64,000 nt of DNA from Eledone cirrhosa (Eukaryota), in contig OZ024746.1 in NCBI GenBank assembly GCA_964016885.1, positions 52,018,001 through 52,082,000 of the forward strand, written 5' to 3'. Of the stretch, positions 44,201 through 56,600 are shown piece by piece; position 1 is the first letter of the stretch; every line of letters starts with the position of its first letter. Under the pieces are notes generated by a model. The model was not told the origin of the DNA, did not search any database, and saw nothing but the letters and a program-made list of their open reading frames with translations. The position numbers were made by a program, and so were the translations under genes.

Positions 44201-45400
44201 ATGTTATACTATGTATGGAGTAGTGTATGGTATAGGATGGTGTATATAGGTGTGTGTTGTATGGTATGGAATTCTATGTATTGGGTATGTTATACTTAGT
44301 ATGGAGTAGTGTATGGTATAGAATGGTGTATATAGGTGTGTGTTGTATGGTATGGAATTCTATGTATTGGGTATGTTATACTGAGTATGGAGTAGTGTAT
44401 GGTATAGAATGGTGTATATAGGTGTGTGTTGTATGGTATGGAATTCTATGTATTGGGTATGTTATATTTTGTATGGTGTAGTGTATGGTATAGAATGGTG
44501 TATATAGGTGTGTGTTGTATGGTATGGAATTCTATGTATCGTTATGTTATACTTAGAATGGAGTAGTGTATGGTATAGAATGGTGTATATAGGTGTGTGT
44601 TGTACGGTATGGAATTCTATGTATTGGGTATGTTATACTTAGTATGGAGTAGTGTATGGCATAGAATGGTGTATATAGGTGTGTGTTGTATGGTATGGAA
44701 TTATATGTATTGTGTATGTTATACTTTGTATGGAGTAGTGTATGGTATAGAATGGTGTATATGGGTGTGTGTTGTATGGTATGGAATTCTATGTATTGGG
44801 TATGTTATACTTTGTATGGAGTAGTGTATGGTATAGAATGGTGTATATAGATGTGTGTTGTATGGTATAGAATTCTATGTATTAGGTATGTTATACTGAG
44901 TATGGAGTAGTGTATGGTATAGAATGGTGTATATAGGTGTGTGTTGTATGGTATGGAATTCTATGAATTGGGTATGTTATATTTAGTATGGAGTAGTGTA
45001 TGGTATAGAATGGTGTATATAGGTGTGTGTTGTATGGTATGGAATTCTATGTTTTAGTATGTTATACTGAATATGGAGTAGTGTATGGTATAGAATGGTG
45101 TATATAGGTGTGTGTTGTATGGCATGGAATTCTATGAATTGGGTATGTTATATTTAGTATAGAGTAGTGTATGGTATCGACTGGTGTATATAGGTGAGTG
45201 TTGTATGGTATGGAATTCTATGTATTGGTTATGTTATATTTAGTATGGAGTAGTCTATGGCATAGAATGGTGTATATAGGTGTGTCTTGTATGGTAAGGA
45301 ATTCTATGTATTGGGTATGTTATACTTTGAATAGAGTAGTGTATGGTATAGATTGGTGTATATAGGTGTGTGTTGTATGGTATGGAATTCTATGTATTGG
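38277..45400. repeat. Block duplication at 3864-bp (45-monomer) offset: ~38277-41536 and ~42141-45400, separated by about 7 monomers resembling 38.95-39.55 kb
   Basis: Private variants ATTTGAATAG 38541/42405, ATTCTGTGTA ~39977/43841 and GGATGG 40371/44235, plus ORFs 40733/44597, all at offset 3864. A few mismatches are present (e.g. GACGTAG ~38647 versus GGCATAG ~42511). Confidence 0.88.
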
Positions 45401-45999
45401 GTATGTTATACTTAGTATGGAGTAGTGTATGGCATAGACTGGTGTATATAGGTGTGTGTTGTAGGGTATGGAATACTATGTACTGGGTATGTTATACTTT
45501 GTATGGAGTAGTGTATGGCATAGATTGGTGTATATAGGTGTGTGTTGTATGGTATGGAATTCTATGAGTTGGGTATGTTAAATTTAGTATGGAATAGTGT
45601 ATGACATAGACTGGTGTATATAGGTGTGTGTTGTAGGGTATGGAATACTATGTACTGGGTATGTTATACTTTGTATGGAGTAGTGTATGGTATAGAATGG
45701 TGTATATAGGTGTGTGTTGTATGGTATGGAATTCTATGTATTGGTTATGTTATACTTAGTATGGAGTAGTGTATGGTATAGAATGGTGTATATAGGTGTG
45801 TGTTGTATGGTATGGAATTCTATGTATTGTTATATTATACTGAGTATGGAGTAGTGTATGGTATAGAATGGTGTATATAGGTGTGTGTTTTATGGTATGG
45901 AATTCTATGTATTTGTATGTTATACTTAGTATGGAGTAGTGTATGGTATAGAATGGTGTATATAGGTGTGTGTTGTATGGTATGGAATTCTATGTATTA

Positions 46000-48900
46000 G
46001 GTATGTTATACTGAGTATGGAGTAGTGTATGGTATAGAATGTTGTATATAGGTGTGTGTTGTATGGTATAGAATTCTATGAATTGGGTATGTTATATTTA
46101 GTATGGAGTAGTGTATGGTATAGAATGGTGTATATAGGTGTGTCTTGTATGGTATGGAATTCTATGTATTGGGTATGTTATACTTTGAATAGAGTAGTGT
46201 ATGGTATATAATAGTATATATAGGTGTGTGTTGTATGGTATGGAATGCTATGTATTGGGTATGTTATACTTTGTATGGAGGAGTGTATGGTAAGGAATGG
46301 TGTATATAGGTGTGTGTTGTATGGTATGGAATTATATGTATTGGGTATGTTATACTTAGTATGGTGTAGTGTATGGTATAGAATGGTGTATACAGGTGTG
46401 TGTTGTATGGTATGGAATTCTTTGTATTGGTTATGTTATACTTAGTATGGAGTAGTGTATGGTATAGACTGGTGTATATAGGTGTGTGTTGTATGGTATG
46501 GAATGCTATGTATTGGGTATGTTATACTTAGTATGGAGTAGAGTATGGTATAGAATGGTGTATATAGGTGTGTGTAGTATGGTATGGAATTCTATGTATT
46601 GGGTATGTTATATTAGTATGGAGTAGTGTATGGTATAGTATAGTGTATATAGGTGTGTCTTGTATGGTAAGGAATTCTATGTATTGGGTATGTTATACTT
46701 TGAATAGAGTAGTGTATGGTATAGAATGGTGTATATAGGTGTGTGTTGTATGGTATGGAATTCTATGTATTGGGTATGTTATACTTAGTATGGAGTAGTG
46801 TATGGCATAGATTGGTGTATATAGGTGTGTGTTGTATGGTATGGAATTCTATGAGTTGGGTATGTTAAATTTAGTATGGAATAGTGTATGACATGGACTG
46901 GTGTATATAGGTGTGTGTTGCATGGTATCGAATTCTATGTATTGGGTATGTTATACTTTGTATGGAGTAGTGTATGGTATAGAATGGTGTATATAGGTGT
47001 GTGTTGTATGGTATGGAATTCTATGTATTGGTTATGTTATACTTAGTATGGAGTAGTGTATGGTATAGAATGGTGTATATAGGTGTGTGTTGTATGGTAT
47101 GGAATTCTATGTATTGGTTATGTTATACTTAGTATGGAGTAGTGTATGGTATAGAATGGTGTATATAGGTGTGTCTTGTATGGTAAGGAATTCTATGTAT
47201 TGGGTATTTTATACTTTGAATAGAGTAGTGTATGGTATAGAATGGTGTATATAGATGTGTGTTGTATGGTATGGAATTCTATGTATTGGGTATGTTATAC
47301 TTAATATGGAGTAGTGTATGCTATAGAATGCTGTATATATGTGTGTGTTGTATGGTATGGAATTCTATGTATTGGGTATGTTATACTTTGTATGGATTAG
47401 TGTATCGTATAGAATGGTGTATATAGGTGTGTGTTGTATGGTATGGAATTCTATGTATTACGTATGTTATACTGAGTATGGAGTAGTGTATGGTATAGAA
47501 TGGTGTATATAGGTGTGTGTTGTATGGTATGGAATTCTATGAATTGGGTATGTTATATTTAGTATGGAGTAGTGTATGGTATAGAATGGTGTATATAGGT
47601 TTGTCTTGTATGGTATGGAATTCTATGTATTGGGTATGTTATACTTTGTATGGAGTAGTGTATGGTATAGAATGGTGTATATAGGTGTGTGTTGTATGGT
47701 ATCGAATTCTATGTATTGGTTATGTTATACTATGTATGGAGTAGTGTATGGTATAGAATGGTGTATATAGGTGTGTGTTGTATAGTATGGAATTCTATGT
47801 ATTGGGTATGTTATACTTAGTATGGAGTAGTGTATGGTATAGAATGGTGTATATAGGTGTGTTGTATGGTATGGAATTCTATGTATTGGGTATGTTATAC
47901 TGAGTATGGAGTAGTGTATGGTATAGAATGGTGTATATAGGTGTGTGTTGTATGGTATGGAATTCTATGTATTGGGTATGTTATATATTGTATGGTGTAG
48001 TGTATGGTATAGAATGGTGTATATAGGTGTGTGTTGTATGGTATGGAATTCTATGTATCGTTATGTTATATTTAGAATGGAGTAGTGTATGGTATAGAAT
48101 GGTGTATATAGGTGTGTGTTGTACGGTATGGAATTCTATGTATTGGGTATGTTATACTTAGTATGGAGTAGTGTATGGCATAGAATGGTGTATATAGGTG
48201 TGTATGGTATGGTATGGAATTATATGTATTGTGTATGTTATACTTTGTATGGAGTAGTGTATGGTATAGAATGGTGTATATGGGTGTGTGTTGTATGGTA
48301 TGGAATTCTATGTATTGGGTATGTTATACTTTGTATGGAGTAGTGTATGGTATAGAATGGTGTATATAGATGTGTGTTGTATGGTATGGAATTCTATGTA
48401 TTAGGTATGTTATACTGAGTATGGAGTAGTGTATGGTATAGAATGGTGTATATAGGTGTGTGTTGTATGGTATGGAATTCTATGTTTTAGTATGTTATAC
48501 TGAATATGGAGTAGTGTATGGTATAGAATGGTGTATATAGGTGTGTGTTGTATGGTATGGAATTCTATGAATTGGGTATGTTATATTTAGTATAGAGTAG
48601 TGTATGGTATCGACTGGTGTATATAGGTGAGTGTTGTATGGTATGGAATTCTATGTATTGGTTATGTTATATTTAGTATGGAGTAGTCTATGGCATAGAA
48701 TGGTGTATATAGGTGTGTGTTGTATGGTATGGAATGCTATGTATTGGGTATGTTATACTTTGTATGGAGTAGTGTATGGTATAGAATGGTGTATATAGGT
48801 GTGTGTTGTATGGTGTGGAATTCTATGTATTGGGTATGTTATACTTAGTATGGTGTAGTGTATGGTATAGAATGGTGTATACAGGTGTGTGTTGTATGGT

Positions 48901-51900
48901 ATGGAATTCTATGTATTGGTTATGTTATACTTAGTATGGAGTAGTGTATGGTATAGACTGGTGTATATAGGTGTGTGTTGTATGGTATGAAATGCTATGT
49001 ATAGGGTATGTTATATTTAGTATGGAGTAGAGTATGGTATAGAATGGTGTATATAGGTGTGTGTAGTATGTTATGGAATTCTATGTATTGGTTATGTTAT
49101 ATTTAGTATGGAGTAGTGTATGGCATAGAATGGTGTATATAGGTGTGTGTTGTATGGTATGGAATTCTATGTATTGGGTATGTTATACTTAGTATGGAGT
49201 AGTGTATGGTATAGTATGGTATAGTATGGTGTATATAGGTGTGTCTTGTATGGTAAGGAATTCTATGTATTGGGTATGTTATACTTTGAATAGAGTAGTG
49301 TATGGTATAGATTGGTGTATATAGCTGTGTGTTGTATGGTATGGAATTCTATGTATTGGGTATGTTATACTTAGTATGGAGTAGTGTATGGCATAGACTG
49401 GTGTATATAGGTGTGTGTTGTAGGGTATGGAATACTATGTACTGGGTATGTTATACTTTGTATGGAGTAGTGTATGGCATAGATTGGTGTATATAGGTGT
49501 GTGTTGTATGGTATGGAATTCTATGAGTTGGGTATGTTAAATTTAGTATGGAATAGTGTATGACATAGACTGGTGTATATAGGTGTGTGTTGTAGAGTAT
49601 GGAATACTATGTACTGGGTATGTTATACTTTGTATGGAGTAGTGTATGGCATAGATTGGTGTATATAGGTGTGTGTTGTATGGTCTGTAATTATATGAGT
49701 TGGGTATGTTAAATTTAGTATGGAATAGTGTATGACATAGACTGGTGTATATAGGTGTGTGTTGCATGGTATCGAATTCTATGTATTGGTTATGTTATAC
49801 TTTGTATGGAGTAGTGTATGGTATAGAATGGTGTATATAGGTGTGTGTTGTATGGTATGGGATTCTATGTATTGGTTATGTTATACTTAGTATGCAGTAG
49901 TGTATGGTATAGAATGGTGTATATAGGTGTGTGTTGTATGGTATGGAATTCTATGTATTTGTATGTTATACTTAGTATGGAGTAGTGTATGGTATAGACT
50001 GGTGTATATAGGTGTGTGTTGTATGGTATGGAATGCTATGTATTGGGTATGTTATACTTAGTATGGAGTAGAGTATGGTATAGAATGGTGTATATAGGTG
50101 TGTGTAGTATGGTATGGAATTCTATGTATTGGTTATGTTATATTTAGTATGGAGTAGTGTATGGCATAGAATGGTGTATATAGGTGTGTGTTGTATGGTA
50201 CGGAATTCTATGTATTGGGTATGTTATATTAGTATGGAGTAGTGTATGGTATAGTATGGTGTATATAGGTGTGTCTTGTATGGTAAGGAATTCTATGTAT
50301 TGGGTATGTTATACTTTGAATAGAGTAGTGTATGGTATAGACTGGTGTATATAGGTGTGTGTTGTAGGGTATGGAATGCTATGTACTGGGTATGTTATAC
50401 TTTGTATGGAGTAGTGTATGGCATAGATTGGTGTATATAGGTGTGTGTTGTATGGTATGGAATTCTATGAGTTGGGTATGCTAAATTTAGTATGGAATAG
50501 TGTATGACATAGACTGGTGTATATAGGTGTGTGTTGCATGGTATCGAATTCTATGTATTGGGTATGTTATACTTTGTATGGAGTAGTGTATGGTATAGAA
50601 TGGTGTATATAGGTGTGTGTTGTATGGTATGGAATTCTATGTATTGGTTATGTTATACTTAGTATGGAGTAGTGTATGGTATAGAATGGTGTATATAGGT
50701 GTGTCTTGTATGGTAAGGAATTCTATGTATTGGGTATGTTATACTTTGAATAGAGTAGTGTATGGTATAGAATGGTGTATATAGGTGTGTGTTGTATGGT
50801 ATGGAATTCTATGTATTGTTATGTTATACTGAGTATTGAGAAGTGTATGGTATAGAATGGTGTATATAGGTGTGTGTTGTATGGTATGGAATTCTATGTA
50901 TTTGTATGTTTTACTTAGTATGGAGTAGTGTATGGCATAGAATGGTGTATATAGGTGTGTGTTGTACGGTATGGAATTCTATGTATTGGGTATGTTATAC
51001 TTAGTATGGAGTAGTGTATGGTATAGAATGGTGTATATAGGTGTGTGTAGTATGGTATGGAATTCTATGTATTAGGTATGTTATACTGAGTATGGAGTAG
51101 TGTATGGTATAGAATGGTGTATATAGGTGTGTGTTGTATGGTATAGAATTCTATGAATTGGGTATGTTATATTTAGTATGGAGTAGTGTATGGCATAGAA
51201 TGGTGTATATAGGTGTGTCTGGTATGGTATGGAATTCTATGTATTGGGTATGTTATACTTTGAATAGAGTAGTGTATGGTATATAATAGTATATATAGGT
51301 GTGTGTTGTATGGTATGGAATGCTATGTATTGGGTATGTTATACTTTGTATGGAGGAGTGTATGGTAAGGAATGGTGTATATAGGTGTGTGTTGTATGGT
51401 ATGGAATTATATGTATTGGGTATGTTATACTTAGTATGGTGTAGTGTATGGTATAGAATGGTGTATACATGTGGTTTTTATGGTATGGAATTCTTTGTAT
51501 TGGTTATGTTATACTTAGTATGGAGTAGTGTATGGTATAGACTGGTGTATATAGGTGTGTGTTGTATGGTATGGAATGCTATGTATTGGGTATGTTATAC
51601 TTAGTATGGAGTAGAGTATGGTATAGAATGGTGTATATAGGTGTGTGTAGTATGGTATGGAATTCTATGTATTGGGTATGTTATATTAGTATGGAGTAGT
51701 GTATGGTATAGTATGGTGTATATAGGTGTGTCTTGTATGGTAAGGAATTCTATGTATTGGGTATGTTATACTTTGAATAGAGTAGTGTATGGTATAGAAT
51801 GATGTATATAGGTGTGTGTTGTATGGTATGGAATTCTATGTATTGGGTATGTTATACTTAGTATGGAGTAGTGTATGGCATAGATTGGTGTATATAGGTG

Positions 51901-54900
51901 TGTGTTGTATGGTATGGAATTCTATGAGTTGGGTATGTTAAATTTAGTATGGAATAGTGTATGACATGGACTGGTGTATATAGGTGTGTGTTGCATGGTA
52001 TCGAATTCTATGTATTGGGTATGTTATACTTTGTATGGAGTAGTGTATGGTATAGAATGGTGTATATAGGTGTGTGTTGTATGGTATGGAATTCTATGTA
52101 TTGGTTATGTTATACTTAGTATGGAGTAGTGTATGGTATAGAATGGTGTATATAGGTGTGTGTTGTATGGTATGGAATTCTATGTATTGGTTATGTTATA
52201 CTTAGTATGGAGTAGTGTATGGTATAGAATGGTGTATATAGGTGTGTCTTGTATGGTAAGGAATTCTATGTATTGGGTATGTTATACTTTGAATAGAGTA
52301 GTGTATGGTATAGAATGGTGTATATAGATGTGTGTTGTATGGTATGGAATTCTATGTATTGGGTATGTTATACTTAATATGGAGTAGTGTATGCTATAGA
52401 ATGCTGTATATATGTGTGTGTTGTATGGTATGGAATTCTATGTATTGGGTATGTTATACTTTGTATGGATTAGTGTATCGTATAGAATGGTGTATATAGG
52501 TGTGTGTTGTATGGTATGGAATTCTATGTATTACGTATGTTATACTGAGTATGGAGTAGTGTATGGTATAGAATGGTGTATATAGGTGTGTGTTGTATGG
52601 TATGGAATTCTATGAATTGGGTATGTTATATTTAGTATGGAGTAGTGTATGGTATAGAATGGTGTATATAGGTTTGTCTTGTATGGTATGGAATTCTATG
52701 TATTGGGTATGTTATACTTTGTATGGAGTAGTGTATGGTATAGAATGGTGTATATAGGTGTGTGTTGTATGGTATCGAATTCTATGTATTGGTTATGTTA
52801 TACTATGTATGGAGTAGTGTATGGTATAGAATGGTGTATATAGGTGTGTGTTGTATAGTATGGAATTCTATGTATTGGGTATGTTATACTTAGTATGGAG
52901 TAGTGTATGGTATAGAATGGTGTATATAGGTGTGTTGTATGGTATGGAATTCTATGTATTGTGTATGTTATACTGAGTATGGAGTAGTGTATGGTATAGA
53001 ATGGTGTATATAGGTGTGTGTTGTATGGTATGGAATTCTATGTATTGGGTATGTTATATATTGTATGGTGTAGTGTATGGTATAGAATGGTGTATATAGG
53101 TGTGTGTTGTATGGTATGGAATTCTATGTATCGTTATGTTATACTTAGAATGGAGTAGTGTATGGTATAGAATGGTGTATATAGGTGTGTGTTGTACGGT
53201 ATGGAATTCTATGTATTGGGTATGTTATACTTAGTATGGAGTAGTGTATGGCATAGAATGGTGTATATAGGTGTGTGTTGTATGGTATGGAATTATATGT
53301 ATTGTGTATGTTATACTTTGTATGGAGTAGTGTATGGTATAGAATGGTGTATATAGGTGTGTGTTGTATGGTATGGAATTCTATGTATTGGGTATGTTAT
53401 ACTTTGTATGGAGTAGTGTATGGTATAGAATGGTGTATATAGATGTGTGTTGTATGGTATGGAATTCTATGTATTAGGTATGTTATACTGAGTATGGAGT
53501 AGTGTATGGTATAGAATGGTGTATATAGGTGTGTGTTGTATGGTATGGAATTCTATGTTTTAGTATGTTATACTGAATATGGAGTAGTGTATGGTATAGA
53601 ATGGTGTATATAGGTGTGTGTTGTATGGTATGGAATTCTATGAATTGGGTATGTTATATTTAGTATAGAGTAGTGTATGGTATCGACTGGTGTATATAGG
53701 TGAGTGTTGTATGGTATGGAATTCTATGTATTGGTTATGTTATATTTAGTATGGAGTAGTCTATGGCATAGAATGGTGTATATAGGTGTGTGTTGTATGG
53801 TATGGAATGCTATGTATTGGGTATGTTATACTTTGTATGGACTAGTGTATGGTATAGAATGGTGTATATAGGTGTGTGTTGTATGGTGTGGAATTCTATG
53901 TATTGGGTATGTTATACTTAGTATGGTGTAGTGTATGGTATAGAATGGTGTATACAGGTGTGTGTTGTATGGTATGGAATTCTATGTATTGGTTATGTTA
54001 TACTTAGTATGGAGTAGTGTATGGTATAGACTGGTGTATATAGGTGTGTGTTGTATGGTATGAAATGCTATGTATAGGGTATGTTATATTTAGTATGGAG
54101 TAGAGTATGGTATAGAATGGTGTATATAGGTGTGTGTAGTATGTTATGGAATTATATGTATTGGTTATGTTATATTTAGTATGGAGTAGTGTATGGCATA
54201 GAATGGTGTATATAGGTGTGTGTTGTATGGTATGGAATTCTATGTATTGGGTATGTTATACTTAGTATGGTGTAGTGTATGGTATAGTATGGTGTATATA
54301 GGTGTGTCTTGTATGGTAAGGAATTCTATGTATTGGGTATGTTATACTTTGAATAGAGTAGTGTATGGTATAGATTGGTGTATATAGCTGTGTGTTGTAT
54401 GGTATGGAATTCTATGTATTGGGTATGTTATACTTAGTATGGAGTAGTGTATGGCATAGACTGGTGTATATAGGTGTGTGTTGTAGGGTATGGAATACTA
54501 TGTACTGGGTATGTTATACTTTGTATGGAGTAGTGTATGGCATAGATTGGTGTATATAGGTGTGTGTTGTATGGTATGGAATTCTATGAGTTGGGTATGT
54601 TAAATTTAGTATGGAATAGTGTATGACATAGACTGGTGTATATAGGTGTGTGTTGTAGAGTATGGAATACTATGTACTGGGTATGTTATACTTTGTATGG
54701 AGTAGTGTATGGCATAGATTGGTGTATATAGGTGTGTGTTGTATGGTCTGGAATTCTATGAGTTGGGTATGTTAAATTCAGTATGGAATAGTGTATGACA
54801 TAGACTGGTGTATATAGGTGTGTGTTGCATGGTATCGAATTCTATGTATTGGTTATGTTATACTTTGTATGGAGTAGTGTATGGTATAGAATGGTGTATA

Positions 54901-56600
54901 TAGGTGTGTGTTGTATGGTATGGAATTCTATGTATTTGTATGTTATACTTAGTATGGAGTAGTGTATGGTATAGACTGGTGTATATAGGTGTGTGTTGTA
55001 TGGTATGGAATGCTATGTATTGGGTATGTTATACTTAGTATGGAGTAGAGTATGGTATAGAATGGTGTATATAGGTGTGTGTAGTATGGTATGGAATTCT
55101 ATGTATTGGTTATGTTATATTTAGTATGGAGCAGTGTATGGCATAGAATGGTGTATATAGGTGTGTGTTGTATGGTACGGAATTCTATGTATTGGGTATG
55201 TTATATTAGTATGGAGTAGTGTATGGTATAGTATGGTGTATATAGGTGTGTCTTGTATGGTAAGGAATTCTATGTATTGGGTATGTTATACTTTGAATAG
55301 AGTAGTGTATGGTATAGACTGGTGTATATAGGTGTGTGTTGTAGGGTATGGAATGCTATGTACTGGGTATGTTATACTTTGTATGGAGTAGTGTATGGCA
55401 TAGATTGGTGTATATAGGTGTGTGTTGTATGGTATGGAATTCTATGAGTTGGGTATGCTAAATTTAGTATGGAATAGTGTATTACATAGACTGGTGTATA
55501 TAGGTGTGTGTTGCATGGTATCGAATTCTATGTATTGGGTATGTTATACTTTGTATGGAGTAGTGTATGGTATAGAATGGTGTATATAGGTGTGTGTTGT
55601 ATGGTATGGAATTCTATGTATTGGTTATGTTATACTTAGTATGGAGTAGTGTATGGTATAGAATGGTGTATATAGGTGTGTCTTGTATGGTAAGGAATTC
55701 TATGTATTGGGTATGTTATACTTTGAATAGAGTAGTGTATGGTATAGAATGGTGTATATAGGTGTGTGTTGTATGGTATGGAATTCTATGTATTGTTATG
55801 TTATACTGAGTATTGAGAAGTGTATGGTATAGAATGGTGTATATAGGTGTGTGTTGTATGGTATGGAATTCTATGTATTTGTATGTTTTACTTAGTATGG
55901 AGTAGTGTATGGCATAGAATGGTGTATATAGGTGTGTGTTGTACGGTATGGAATTCTATGTATTGGGTATGTTATACTTAGTATGGAGTAGTGTATGGTA
56001 TAGAATGGTGTATATAGGTGTGTGTAGTATGGTATGGAATTCTATGTATTAGGTATGTTATACTGAGTATGGAGTAGTGTATGGTATAGAATGGTGTATA
56101 TAGGTGTGTGTTGTATGGTATAGAATTCTATGAATTGGGTATGTTATATTTAGTATGGAGTAGTGTATGGCATAGAATGGTGTATATAGGTGTGTCTTGT
56201 ATGGTATGGAATTCTGTATTGGGTATGTTATACTTTGAATAGAGTAGTGTATGGTATATAATAGTATATATAGGTGTGTGTTGTATGGTATGGAATGCTA
56301 TGTATTGGGTATGTTATACTTTGTATGGAGGAGTGTATGGTATAGAATGGTGTATATAGGTGTGTGTTGTATGGTATGGAATTATATGTATTGGGTATGT
56401 TATACTTAGTATGGTGTAGTGTATGGTATAGAATGGTGTATACAGGTGTGTGTTGTATGGTATGGAATTCTTTGTATTGGTTATGTTATACTTAGTATGG
56501 AGTAGTGTATGGTATAGACTGGTGTATATAGGTGTGTGTTGTATGGTATGGAATGCTATGTATTGGGTATGTTATACTTAGTATGGAGTAGAGTATGGTA
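46000..56600. repeat. Older imperfect duplication with period about 5.0-5.1 kb (58-59 monomers)
   Basis: ORFs 46224/51299 are offset by 5075 and GTATCG 47402/52475 by 5073. Shared rare variants include GGTGTGGAATT, TAGCTG, TTGTAGAGTATGG, GGTCTG, GGTACGG and TATTGAGAAG. The first copy has a 10-bp insertion (~49211) and one extra monomer (~49850-49935). Confidence 0.8.

Noticed and set aside
371-51604. Plus-strand ORFs of 62-101 aa rich in V, Y, G, M, C and W that look hydrophobic or Cys-rich
   Set aside because: They are translations of 2-4 consecutive satellite monomers where point variants happen to remove TAG/TGA stops. The 86-bp unit cycles through all three frames, identical ORFs merely track block duplications, and there is no gene context.
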